Shown piece by piece: positions 25,682 through 38,805 of a DNA stretch of 64,000 nt (position 1 is the first letter of the stretch; each line of letters starts with the position of its first letter). Under the pieces are notes generated by a model, which saw nothing but the letters and a program-made list of their open reading frames with translations, was not told the DNA's origin and made no database searches. The DNA lies in NCBI GenBank assembly GCA_904063045.1, contig CAJFCJ010000006.1, forward strand, positions 4,604,408-4,668,407, in the 5' to 3' direction. This DNA is from Dimorphilus gyrociliatus. Lineage: Eukaryota > Animalia > Annelida. Both the position numbers and the translations under genes were made by a program.

Positions 25682-27527
25682 ATGCTACTGCAATTTCTGC
25701 TTTGCTCGGCGGTCGTTTTGGCTGTCGGTGAGTACTTTCCATCTTTATTCGCCCTAGCCCCCTGCTCTCTCTCTCTCTCTCTCACTCGTTCTTGTTCTCT
25801 TTCTTTCTTCCCTAATTCTATCATTACCACCATTCCTTACAGTTACATATACTCTTTGATAAACGTGCGAAAGCACGCATAGCGTAATTATATTTTTATA
25901 CATTCACTCGCACCTAGGGAATTGTAAAGAGAGAGAAAAAAACAAGATATAAACGTTTAAACCTATAAAGAGAACAATGGTTGTTTTATAAGCCTTTGAA
26001 TTAAATGAATGTTATCATTTAAATAAGAGTCAGTACAGGTGTATATATATGTAAAAGGTAAGAAAAAATATAAATATAGTCGATTCCTGAGGCCTATGTA
26101 TACAGCATACCCCGTGTAATGAAATAAACGAAACGCGACGCAGGGATAATTTCCAGTAATTACGTTTTCATGCACTTCAAAGCGTATATTAAAAAAAGTC
26201 GGTCCGTCGACGTCGCAACGACGCCTAAACAAGCAAATGATAGTAAATTAACGGTGATTGATTACGTTAATGCGTTCGCTTTTAAAATATATGTAAATCT
26301 GCTCAGTCGAGATCGATAATGCACGCGACATTTTTTTCTCGGCAGTAAGCTAAATTGTCTTTAATCACGTGACTCCTTCTGCAAGATTTACGATCGTAAA
26401 TATATAGAACAAACGCTAAGGGGGAAAATATTTCCCTTTCGCGCCAATTGAACCGTTAACGAAGCGGACAAAAGGTTGTGAGATTATTTCAATGCTAATC
26501 CGTTGTTCGCTTATATCTCTGGTTTTTCTTTTCCCTTTATATAATTTTCTTTTCATGTAAGCTAATAACAATTCTCTTACTTACTCAGATCGAAAAGAAG
26601 ATTTGATACCGTGCTGGAATAACAAGGAATGTCTGATCAGTTTAGGTGAAGCCTGCTGGAAATTGTACGAAGGTTGTGGAAATGGTTTTTGCATGTGTCA
26701 ACCTGGAAAGTACGAGAGAGATAACGAAAATAGGTGCATACCTGTTGTAACAGGTAGAGCAGCGTGCGATAATAAAGTAAAATGTAAGAGCGGAACAAAT
26801 ATGATATGTAAAGATGGAAGATGCAAATGCCCTAATGGTTACACTATGACCGCCGACAATTTATATTGCAAAAGCAAAAACGAGAGGTTGGTGGGAGAAT
26901 TTTGCGCCTCAGGCGATAAGTGTATAAGTCGACGTTAGTTTTATATTACTTTATTCTACCATCATTTCTTAATCCTTACTCATTCTTTATAGGCCCCGAT
27001 AGCGAAGAATATATGGAGAGCAGTTCTATATGTATTCAAGGTGTTTGCCGATGTCATACTGGCATGAAACCAGATGGTGTAACTTGTACAACATGTTGGT
27101 GTTTTTTTGTTCCACTTTTATTTACATAATGATTGTTTTTTTTTTCGATACAAAAAAAAAATTTATAGGGGATATCAATGAAGAAGGTTGCTTGTATTCG
27201 ACAAACTGCCACGGGGGAGCCATCTGCGATAAAGGACGGTGCAGCTGTTCGAAAGGTTATTCTCCGTATGCTGAGAATACAAAATGCATTAGGGAGGGGA
27301 GTAAGAGAAGAATTCCTATAGAAGGAGAATGCAACGAGGCCGAAGAAGAGTCGTACTGCCAATACGATCTGAAATGTGTGAATTGTATGAACGATTTAAG
27401 ACATACCAGACGTCATACATGTGCCCGATATGCACATGACAGAGCTTTTCCAGCATCATCGGCATCCAGTAACGTTCTCTCTTCTCTTCTCGTTTGCGTT
27501 CTATATTTCATCGCCAGATGGCGTTAA
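25682..27527 (+). CDS. Secreted Cys-rich EB-module/EGF-like repeat protein, probably GPI-anchored. Exons 25682-25727, 26589-26933, 26993-27094, 27169-27527; possible upstream exon 21427-21462
   Basis: Signal peptide MLLQFLLCSAVVLAV, repeated C-x(4-5)-C...C-x-x-G-x-C-x-C-x-x-G-Y units, and a C-terminal ASSASS followed by a hydrophobic tail with almost no cytosolic part. All introns are phase 1. Confidence 0.85.
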
Positions 27528-28039
27528 GGGATGAAAGAAAGTGAATCCTTAAGTTTTTTTTCTTTCGTTAGTTTGTTTTCCTTTTTTTTTCTATCACAAT
27601 TCCCGCTTCATCTATTTAATTCTACCATTTACCCAAACCAAAAAACTCATATACTTATCAATTTCCCTATGTCTTTCCATCTCCACTTACTGTTATTCTG
27701 TAAAAGCTATCTCTTTCTCAACTCTTAAGAACTTCAAGGCAAGGTGCTAAAAAAAGAAGAGGCAAACTGTTTTATAATGGAAAAAAGCTATTTGGAAAGA
27801 AAAAAAGAAACTATTAGGATATTTGACTACAATCAACGACATCTCCTGCATTTGTATGATATTTATATGTTTGTTTTGTTTGTATGTTTACACATTTTTC
27901 AAAAACATAAACTGTGCCATCTGCTGAAAAAAATATTAATGCCATAAACGTTTGTAGTTTTATGGTACTTATAGTATTCGTATAGGCTAAATTGAAACAG
28001 GAAAATTCTCGAAATATTTAATAGAGAATTCTTAAGTCA

Positions 28040-28483
28040 NNNNNNNNNNNNNNNNNNNNNNNNNNNNNNNNNNNNNNNNNNNNNNNNNNNNNNNNNNNNN
28101 NNNNNNNNNNNNNNNNNNNNNNNNNNNNNNNNNNNNNNNNNNNNNNNNNNNNNNNNNNNNNNNNNNNNNNNNNNNNNNNNNNNNNNNNNNNNNNNNNNNN
28201 NNNNNNNNNNNNNNNNNNNNNNNNNNNNNNNNNNNNNNNNNNNNNNNNNNNNNNNNNNNNNNNNNNNNNNNNNNNNNNNNNNNNNNNNNNNNNNNNNNNN
28301 NNNNNNNNNNNNNNNNNNNNNNNNNNNNNNNNNNNNNNNNNNNNNNNNNNNNNNNNNNNNNNNNNNNNNNNNNNNNNNNNNNNNNNNNNNNNNNNNNNNN
28401 NNNNNNNNNNNNNNNNNNNNNNNNNNNNNNNNNNNNNNNNNNNNNNNNNNNNNNNNNNNNNNNNNNNNNNNNNNNNNNNNNNN
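28040..28483. other. Assembly gap (444 N)
   Basis: Run of N. Confidence 1.
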
Positions 28484-29541
28484 TTATGTACACTCTATTA
28501 ATATATATCTATATATATATATAGATATAGATATTAAGAGAGAAAAAGAGAGAAAGTAGTAGATATTTATCCATTTTTAATGATATATTTATAACTACTC
28601 ATATATAAGTGTAGGTATCAAGTTTATGATCTCGTAAAAGAGTTAATTGCATACTACTTATGTGAGTTATGATAATAGGAGGATATTAATACTCTATTGA
28701 TCATATTTTAGTAGGTACTCACCAATCGGAAGTTGAAGAAAAGTAAATAAAACGAGGAATAATATGTACAGATTATCGATTGAATTATAAAATAAAAAGA
28801 GAGAAAATACGAGTTGATATCTTTATCTAAACACTTAACAATGGCCCTTATTTGATAATAATTAATATAGATTTATACTATGAACACATTTCTTCAGGCA
28901 TTTAATATAATACATATACGTTATATAAACAGCGCATATATAAATAATGTACTATTATACACTTATGTATCGTGTGCATAAAATTTATGTGTATTTAAGG
29001 TTTATCAATAAACTATGATAGAATGGAAATTCTTCTCATTTTACATTCCTCTTTATTCTTTCTCTCTCTTACTCTTTCTCTTTCTCTTCGTCGTATTCCC
29101 TTTCTTTTCTATACCGTTTCTTAAAAATCTCTATAAATTATTCTCATTTGATTTATTACCGCTCATTTTTTTTATTAATAAATCGCCTATTAGTTTATGT
29201 ATCACATCTCTTCTTTCGAAACGTTTCTCGTATAATGTCAGTATAAGGCCAGAGATGGCGCCGTTTAATGCGTATCAATTATACGTTTGGTAAGACTTTC
29301 ATTAATTTTTAAATTGGACGAATAAAAGCAACAATAACGTCATAATGAATTAGTAATTAAATAAACAAGTCAAAAGTTTTTTCATTATCAATATTTAGAC
29401 GGGAATAGGACGAATAATAGAACAATTTTTATCTATTAATATCTTGTTTCCTTTCCATATTTATGGACAATATTTCTTTATTAATCTCTTAAAAACGAGA
29501 AGGAAAGTGGGGCGGTGGATATAAGGGGGAGGGGAGGGGAA

Positions 29542-29581
<40 letters not shown>

Positions 29582-31024
29582 AGGGAGAAGGGTTAAGGGT
29601 AATGGTCAGAACATAATATATTATAAATATTACAATATCAGTGTGCAAAGAATACATGCGAAGCGAGAAATAATTAGCACTATACTTACTACACGATCAA
29701 AGTTGCTTCAACCCTACTTCCGGTGGTAGTCACTCTTTGGTGACTCTCATCGATAGTGACAAGAGGCAGATTTATGCTTTTTTTTATATTCCATGCCCAT
29801 CTCTCCAACGAGAGTTATTCTACAGTCTTATCTTTCGATATATTCAAATACATATCCATATATACACGGTGTTTATATGTTATACGAGTATATTTGTAAA
29901 GACAGACTGTATAAATTATACAGTATATACTTGTATATATATATTTATTATACATGATTTAATATGTATGTAACAAGCAAGCACTGAAACAATAGTTTAC
30001 ACGTCTAAATAGTCAATAATTTCCTTATGCAAATAGATACCCTAGGAAAGAGTTAAAAGGAAAATGAGAGAGACAAATAAGAAAGTAAACTAGAGGACGA
30101 AGACGCAGAGACTAAGAAGCAAAAGGCAACTTTCAACTACCCCGGTAGATGGCCATACAATATTTTAAGAGGAATTGTAGAAACAATATCGTTTGATGTT
30201 AAAACAATTCGTTTAGAAATAAAAGCGAGTTGTAAAAATCTGATTAGCATCTATACAGGCGGGCATCGTAATCGGAGTAAGATAAATTTGCATAGTCGTT
30301 GGATTGACAAAAAGAGAGGAACGTTCTATATATCCAGTAGCATCCTTGACGGATTTTATTTTTTTTTTTAAAAAAAATAAAAAGAAAAACCATCTTGTCC
30401 TATCGTTTTCATCTGCCGTCGAGAGCAGGTTCTAATAAAAATTCTTTCACATTTTTCTCCCGTTTGTCTGATTTTGTCTCTTTTTCCATATTTCTCTCGA
30501 TAGCGCTATCTTTTTCCTTGCCACTTCTATTTTCTTATTTCTGTTTATTCTTCCTACCTTTAATTATAATTCTCTTTCATTCCAGGTGTATACAGCGTGT
30601 TCTGTATATATTAATATATATATATATATATATATACTGTATATATTCTTAAATAAATTTATATATCGTGTATAGTATATCTTAATAAACAATGTAAAAT
30701 CCCTTTCTTCTACTTCTATATCCCTCTCCTAACCATACTTTCTTCTTGGTGTCTTTTGTACTCTACCTAATTTATGATCTTCATTAATCCTGGTTTACAT
30801 TTAATTACATATTTACGACTGGCGCTGATCTAGAGGCGTCTCCAGTAACGAGATAACTAAAATTCATCCTCTTTAATTTGCATCGGCAATTTACAAAACC
30901 TTGTATACGTTACATACGTAAGGACGTATGTATACATTTACATTTACATATATAAACACTTATACCATTGCGAATAATCAGATTTCCCTCTCCCTCGCGT
31001 TTACAATAACGCCCAATAAGATCG

Positions 31025-31053
31025 GTCACGTGATTGTAAACCTATCACGTGAC
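31025..31053. promoter_or_regulatory. Inverted pair of E-boxes (GTCACGTGAT-N9-ATCACGTGAC) upstream of the nAChR ATG
   Basis: Perfect 10-bp inverted repeat, each arm containing TCACGTGA, ending 63 nt before ATG 31116. Confidence 0.55.
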
Positions 31054-31115
31054 GGACTGGAGAGAAAAACTCTACCGCATAACTTTTCACGGAAGAGCTC
31101 AAGCGTCGTCGCGGA

Positions 31116-34100
31116 ATGGAAAGACGATCAATGCGAACTTTGAAGAACGTCTTCCTTATCATTATTTTACTTGTAATATTGGATTTTCGAAGCAGTATGT
31201 ACCTTTACAATATACTATAGGCCTTTTTATGGATATAATGTATACATATTTAGCGTATTATTGTTCTTCAAGTTTTTTTATGCAGTATATTGTGAATCTT
31301 CAATAATAAGGTAGTAAAATGGAGTTTATAATTAGGCCGCGAGTAATACGAATACTGTCTATTATCTCATAAAATATAAAAAAAAAGTTTGATTTGTAGG
31401 TCTATGAGGGGAAAGGAAAATTGTGCAGCCTCGTCCTGTACGGCGTCGTGTTTTAGAAGGACGGGGTGTTGAATTGACGCCTAACGAAGTGGACAAAAGA
31501 GACGGGAAGCGGCCGTCTACTTTGCGGCGTCCCTTTCCGTTTTGTCCCACAACTTCATCTATTTGCAAATTTTTCCCTTATTCTCGTCATTCTAACACTT
31601 TTACACATTCACAAACTCGTTGTCTATTTCTCTTTTCTTGCCTTTTCGCTCCGGCATTCATTAACAGGTCTAGTACTTGTCTATAGACGCCCTCGGCGGC
31701 GTCTATAAGCGTCTACTTTTCTTCATCTTTCGCGTAATACCGGATAGGATGTGATTGATGGCCGATGGACGTTTTTATCCCTCACAGCCGCCGCTAATCC
31801 CAACGCAAAGCGTCTCTACAAGTCTCTGTTCAAGTTGAGTGGATATAACAAATTAATCCGACCAGTTTTGAACAACAGCGATAAATTAACTGTGAAATTA
31901 GGCTTACGCCTCTCTCAGCTTATCGATATTGTGAGTATTAAAACTTTTTTTATCCTTCAATTCACTACGATATTCTAAAAATAAAGTATAAAGATTTATC
32001 TCATACTTGATACCTCGAAGCATGATCCACAGATTTTAGTCATTTGGTTTATTATACTAATATTTTGGTCTTTATTTTTTCGCAATATATACAGAGAGTT
32101 CTCTCTCTCTCTCTCTCTCTGTCTATCTGTCTGTCTGTCTGCCTGTCTGTCTCTCTCTCTTTCTCTATCTCTATCTATCTCTTCTCTCTCGTTCTCTCTC
32201 TCTCTCTCTCGTTCCCTCTCTCTCTCTCTCTTCCTCCCTCTCTGTCTGTCTCTTTTTTTCATTTTCACCCTATCTCTCTCTGCCTTTCATTCTCTTTATT
32301 CTATCTATCTCCCTAAAATCTTCTTCCTATTTAGATGAATGCAATATATACTACATCATGTTAGTTCGTTGCACAACGAGGTAATTATAGTCTTTAGAAG
32401 ATGTTTCATCTTACTTGCGAAGGTCAGAAACGAGACTTCTTGTCTTAATTCCATAAATAATGAAATGAAATAAATTGTCAAGTTGGGGGTTGGCCGAGAT
32501 TCTTAAAAAATGAAAATTTGAGTTATTGTTTTCAATTGAGAATGAAAAATCGATGTATGGTACAAACTATGCTAATCGTCGCACGGTTCGCGCCTGTAAA
32601 GAAGATGGAGGCGAAAAATACCGTTCGTCCCCCGGGCTTGTAGAACTCATTTCGAGTTCGGAGCCGATTTGCGGCGGCCGACCCCCTCGAGCCGATTTGA
32701 TAGTTCCTATGACGACGTAATGCAATCGTTTAGACCGACGAGTGCCGAATCGTGTCGGGGCGTCTCCCTAAATCCTTTTCTTTCCTCCCCCCTCTACTAT
32801 TATATTTTTCTGCCTATCCCAATTTTCATCCTTTTCTCTCTCATTTTTCCTTTACTTCCCCTTCTAGTTATCTCTATAGCACGACAATTTTTTTTCCTTT
32901 TAGGCTCTACTCAATTTCCTTCAATTACTTATGCAAATTTAAATATTTTCGTATACAGGACGAGAAGAATCAAATCATGACTACGAACGTCTGGTTAACT
33001 CAGGTTAGCGATAAGCGCTCAAATATACCGCAAAGGATTACTTACATTCCTGCATAGACGCCTTAGGCTCTCTTTTTTTCTTTTCTTTACTAGATACGTA
33101 AAGGGGGGGGGGATAAAAAAAGAGGGATGAAAGAATACGATTTTGTGTATTTTTGGCGGAAAAAATCAATTGGAACTGTCCACGCCATTAACTGGTCCGC
33201 GTCGTAATCGATAGTCGCCTACGTATATACTTATTTCCTTCGAGCAAACAGTTGATCAATACGCGAAAGAGCCGCGTCTTTTATCAACCGATTTTCACAA
33301 ACATCTATATATATGTTGTATACAAAATATATAAATATACTATATTTATCGATATAGGAATGGTACGATCATAAACTGCAATGGAAGCCGGAAGCTTACG
33401 GTGGCGTTGATAGATTATACGTCCCTTCAGATGAAATCTGGCTGCCTGACATTGTTCTTTATAATAATGCCGATGGCAATTATGAGGTGACTTTAATGAC
33501 CAAAGCAACTTTATTTGCAAATGGTACTGTTCATTGGGAACCGCCTGCCATTTATAAATCGTCATGCCCTATTAACGTCGAGTTTTTTCCATTTGATGAG
33601 CAACTGTGCACCTTAAAATTTGGTAGTTGGACATACGACGGTTTGCAAGTTGATTTAGATCACTTATCCGTACCGGAACCAGTCGAAAGGATCGAAGAAG
33701 GAATTGATTTGCAGGATTTTTATAGGTCAGTCGAATGGGATATTCTTACTGTACCAGCAAAGAAAAATGAGAAAAAGTATCCATGCTGTGCTGAAATATA
33801 TCCGGATATAACTTTTAACATAACCATAAGGAGGAAGACGCTCTTTCACACAGTCAATCTAATCATCCCCTGCGTGGCCATTAGTTTTTTGACGGTACTC
33901 GTTTTTTACTTACCGTCAGATAGTGGGGAAAAAATAGCTTTGTGTATCTCTATCCTTCTCTCGTTAACCGTCTTTTTCCTCCTATTGGCCGAAATCATAC
34001 CTCCAACATCTCTTGTGGTACCACTTATAGGGAAATATCTCCTATTTACAATGATTCTCGTCACGCTATCGATTATAGTAACAGTAATCGTGCTCAACGT

Positions 34101-34692
34101 TCACTTCCGGTCGCCTTCCACGCACACGATGAGCCCTTGGGTGCGTAAGGTCTTTCTCAACATCTTACCGCGCCTCTTGATGATGGAAAGACCAAATATG
34201 GAAAGAGATAGACTCAGAGCTGCAGTTTACAGGACCTGCAACGGTTTCGAGACAATCGACTTTAGTCAGGAGATAGGAGGAGAATTTACTCCAGAAGTAC
34301 GACAAGCCATAGATGGAGTGAGATATATTGCCGAACATTTACAACGAGAAGACGAAGCGTCAAACGTTCGTTATTCCTTTACTCATCCCATTTATTGCTA
34401 TTATTATACCCTTTTCTTTACCCGGGGTTCCCCCCTCAACCTTCCCCTATTCTTTTAAGCCTAATTGAAAGCACAAAGGCGTATGTTATTGCAGATAAAA
34501 GAGGATTGGAAATACGTCGCTCTCGTGCTCGACCGCCTTTTCTTATGGATTTTTACAACCGCCTGCGTAGTTGGAACGTTTGGTATCATATTGCAAGCCC
34601 CGGCGCTGTACGACCGTAGTAGACCCCTAAAAGCAGCTGGTATCGAGGGAAAATCAACTGAATTCGATGAGATAATCAAGTCGACCGGTTAA
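31116..34692 (+). CDS. Nicotinic acetylcholine receptor alpha subunit (cation-type). Exons 31116-31194, 31788-31930, 32959-33003, 33358-34365, 34495-34692
   Basis: Signal peptide [26 protein letters not shown] with a phase-1 donor that joins exon 2 (NPNAKRLY...LIRPV). Also [29 protein letters not shown], Cys-loop [15 protein letters not shown], vicinal YPCC, M2 [18 protein letters not shown] and M4 [19 protein letters not shown]. Confidence 0.96.
32100..32260. repeat. Compound (CT)n/(CTGT)n/(CTAT)n microsatellite in nAChR intron 2
   Basis: Read directly; it explains the spurious RE-repeat ORFs. Confidence 0.85.
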
Positions 34693-34824
34693 GGACGGAG
34701 ATTGACATGAAACTTAAGTGCGTAAAGAAAACGAGTGGGAAAAAAAGGGGGAAGAGAGAGGGGAAAAAAATAGAGATAGCGCTTTAAACTTGCGTTTGTG
34801 CCGCCATCTCTAGCAGAACATATA

Positions 34825-34828
<4 letters not shown>

Positions 34829-34865
<37 letters not shown>
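34829..34865. repeat. (TA)n microsatellite
   Basis: Read directly. Confidence 0.9.
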
Positions 34866-34869
<4 letters not shown>

Positions 34870-36223
34870 TGTGCAATACTCAACTATACATATATATACA
34901 TACATATATATATATATATATGCATATAGTAGTATATACAAAAATTCGCTCACAAATTTTTTACACAAACTTCTTTCCTGCTAAAACACACCTATTCAAG
35001 TCAAAAATTTGAATTGTTTCGATTAAGGAAATCCATGGCACGTGCCATAAAAAGAGGGAGGGAGGGAGAAAAGATGGAAGAAAAAAGGTATATGGTAGAG
35101 TGATCCCATGTGTAAGAATGTTACTTAAACATTTGCTCTATTTCTCTTTGCAACAATTGTTCATGGATGACTTATCGTCTCACTTTGTTTATTTTTTATA
35201 TTTCTATTATACAAAAGAAAAGAATAAACAGATTTTATGCATTTATACAACGTTGGACAAAAGTAATCGGGACAGTATCAAATTTAGGCAGGCTTGTTGT
35301 TGTTGTTGTTGTTTTTTTTAGAATATTATTCATTTCCTACTTGTAAAAAAAATCATCGAAAGGATATAAAGCTTTTTGGAAATGAGACTAATATCTCTCA
35401 ACTACAGTTTTATATTGAGAACGTTTGCAGAATGCTGAAGAAAAGTGTTTATGACAGGCTATACTTTACTATTGTGGATAATCTGTGGAAGGGAATTCAA
35501 GAAGAGGCTGCTAGTATTGTATAGACGTTATAAAGGTATATATATATATACAAATGACACCTTATACTAATGCTTTATAATGTATATCGGGCGAACTAAA
35601 TGGTAATTATATAAATAGGATAAAAAGGAAGAAAAGACCAGACTGTTAAAACAGCGGAATTGCGTGATGGTCGACATAGAAATAAGCATAAATCATACGA
35701 TTATGTTATTAACTCGTCGTTCACGTCCGCACTTAAAATCAACTGAGAAGAAGGAAGTAAACGTTTAGGCCTGCGGGAAATCTGACCATCTGTCACGTTT
35801 CTTGATTTAAAAGAGTGTGAGAAAGGGCCGACGCCATAAATTACCGGTGCTTATTTATATTTTTGCAAGTATTTATATATATTTACAGACATACTGTATA
35901 GTATACAGTATACAATACGTAGGTATGCTGCGTTTACTGTCTGATACACTGTATCCAAGCTTTGTATTGTGTGCATTTCAAAGTGCTGTATATTAAGTTA
36001 ATGTATCATATGTATACTCTTTAGAAGATTGGGGTAGAGGCGTCTCTTTTTTCTCATCATTATTTTTCCTAACCCTTCTTTCACTCCCTTTATTCTCTCG
36101 GAGTTTTGCTTAATGAACCGGCAACCGTCATTCACCAAGTATATTATTCACGGATAAAGAAATACTTGAAACCTGACTGCGCAACAAGTGCGCCCCGTTC
36201 AAAAGCAAAATCGCCCCGCGACT

Positions 36224-36260
36224 GGGCGGAGATTTTTGTCCGGATAGAAATGGGCGGAGC
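36224..36260 (+). promoter_or_regulatory. Two GC boxes (GGGCGGAG) upstream of Olig
   Basis: GGGCGGAG at 36224 and 36252, 50-90 nt before ATG 36312. Confidence 0.5.
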
Positions 36261-36311
36261 TTAAGGTGTTGAACAGTTGAACACTTTTCATTCCATTCCT
36301 TTGTATCGACA

Positions 36312-36818
36312 ATGGAACATTTTGAAGAGCGTTTTTCTGATGAAGACGAAGTTTCAAGTAGTCAAAAGAGGCGTTCAAAGAGGAAAGACTCGGAAGGAAG
36401 AAGAGAAGAAGATGTTCAAAGGCTTCGCCTGAAGATTAATTCTAGAGAGAGAAAACGTATGCATGATTTAAACTCGGCACTCGATGGTCTTCGAGAAGTT
36501 ATGCCATATGCTCATGGACCCAGCGTACGAAAATTATCAAAGATCGCAACTTTACTTTTAGCCAAAAACTATATATTAATGCTATCTAACAGCCTCGAAG
36601 AAATGAAAAAGCTTCTAAACGATGCATATGGTAGCAGAACGCATGTGCCTCGTTCTCTGCCACCTTTGACGCTGGTACCTGCTGCCTTGGAACCTGGGCA
36701 ATCCTTTCAAACGCCACCCGTCATTCCACCGGTCTCTCAGCCTCAATCCACTGGTCAGCCCCTTGCTGCGACAGCGCCGTTAATACCCTTATCTACTTGG
36801 CCGTTCCCGCTGAAATAA
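36312..36818 (+). CDS. Olig: Olig-family bHLH transcription factor, single exon
   Basis: [54 protein letters not shown]. The [18 protein letters not shown] variant is Olig-type rather than bHLHe22/Beta3-type. Confidence 0.93.
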   Translation: MEHFEERFSDEDEVSSSQKRRSKRKDSEGRREEDVQRLRLKINSRERKRMHDLNSALDGLREVMPYAHGPSVRKLSKIATLLLAKNYILMLSNSLEEMKKLLNDAYGSRTHVPRSLPPLTLVPAALEPGQSFQTPPVIPPVSQPQSTGQPLAATAPLIPLSTWPFPLK

Positions 36819-38642
36819 GTTTGTGGAATGTTATCTAAGAATATAGAAAATAAAAAGTACCGGTTTATCCGTATTTCGTACATGCTTGTTTATTGTTAGA
36901 GGAAATATCAAAATATATTTAATACGTTATTCTTACAGAGAAATCTCTTTAGGCTATTTATTCATTGTTTACAATATGTTGTATAATAGTACAAAAAAGA
37001 TGGAGGATGAAATGTAACCATCTGTCGTTCTCGTCTATTTCGACGCTCAGCGGGATTGTCGAAATTCGTTTAGTTTTTCCGGGTGAAGGCGATGGCACGC
37101 ATTCGGCAATCTTTTTCCGCCTCGTCGCCCAACAGGACGAAAGAAAGGAGTCAATCGGGGCTGAGACGCTCACCTGCCGCCGTCCCCGCATTGGGTCAGG
37201 GGTTAAAAATCGAAAGGTGGCAATTTCTTAGCCGTCTCTCGCCGAACACAGTAATTAAATAGGCTCGAAAAAAATCCCTAATCTGGAATCTCCCAACAAA
37301 GCGCCATCTGTTAGTTTAAATAATTACAACCTATTTTTTCTTTTTGTATATTCGGTAAGCGTTTATTGATGGACACTTAGAAATCAGAGTGAATAAGCCG
37401 CTACTTAATAATATTATATCTTTTGGTGAAAAATAAGGCCATCTCCTGTATGAATGCCTTTGTTGACATTGATTAAAAGTAGCTTAGCGTTAGAAAAAGT
37501 GTCATAAGCAAAGAGGTAAATCACTCGTCCTATCTAGGCACACGCCAGTAGAATATTGGACGGTCGTAAACCCTTTTTAGTAACGCTCCAGTCAAGCCAC
37601 GGATGGTAATTGATTGCTTGGACGTTACATAAATGCAGTCGTCCTTCAATAACAAAAAAGAACGCTTCTCGAACCTTTCCACCCATTTCCTATATATTTT
37701 CCGCCACCTTGATCTCACTTACACTGCCAGTGGCCTGATCAGCAATACAATAAAATTGTCCTTGTAACTGACACGTAGTGGTCTTTCAGGATCTTGAGAT
37801 AGAATAAAAGAGTCAACCTTCCTTCCTGCATAGTCGGAAAACACACGACCTTCATTTCCCCTTTAGGAGCCCTGCCAATTGTTATTATTTTACGGTCTAT
37901 GACGAATAATCTACTAAGTAAAACGTAACCGTTATCTAGATGAATTATTGTTATTGTTTTTCTAGGGGGATAATTTTTAGGTCTTCGCAAATTGCTATTT
38001 GTCTCCTTTTCCAGTCAATTATAGCGAAAATTCTCTTCCCCTCTCCGCCTCTTCCCAACAGACAGACAGACAGACAGACATTACAAGGATTTGAATCAAT
38101 CCAGTTCGTCTTATCTTCCATTACCCATTCGAAATCTTGGAAAAGGTCAAAGTGGAGATGAGCTCTATCTTCTTTCCATATTCTTCAATATTCTTATATT
38201 TCAATATTCTAATAACTTAAATATAATATACTTTCCATAATGTTTAAAAATTAAAATCAATATTTGTCTGCAGTATATAACATGTAAACTTAGTCTATCA
38301 ACTTGGCTGTATCTATAATCCATTGACTCCTTGACTCTTTCATATTTCTGAAATCAGTGGGATGGAAATAAAATGGGAAACCAGGTGTGCGCATTCCATA
38401 ATAGTATTCTTGTAAAAGATTGTAAATTCTCTCCATCCAGGTCATTTGACGTTCGATAAGCTCTTGTAAAATTTCTATTACTTTGATAGCCTTTTAAAAA
38501 TAACTCTGTATTATTTTACACTAAGGAAAGGAATGATTAAAAATAGAAAAAAAATGAAAAACAATATAAAGATGGAGGTTGACTATATTTATTTTGTATA
38601 TTTGCTATAATTTAATATATTAGTACATAGATAGTATATACA

Positions 38643-38643
<1 letters not shown>

Positions 38644-38684
<41 letters not shown>
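38644..38684. repeat. (TA)n microsatellite
   Basis: Read directly. Confidence 0.9.
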
Positions 38685-38687
<3 letters not shown>

Positions 38688-38774
38688 TTGTATGAATAAG
38701 GATCGTAAACTAGGTCTATCATAAAGAAAAAAAATTAAAAATAGACTTTTGATAAACGCATTATAATACAGTAA

Positions 38775-38805
<31 letters not shown>

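Noticed and set aside
28715-28830. Minus-strand hydrophobic frame ending in TTG|GTGAGT next to the assembly gap
   Set aside because: No in-frame ATG and no downstream exon can be seen; a gene hidden in the gap cannot be tested from this sequence.
29015-30652. Hydrophobic ORFs (29015, 30395) as the nAChR signal exon or small membrane proteins
   Set aside because: They are translations of CT-rich low-complexity DNA; a much better signal exon exists at 31116-31194.
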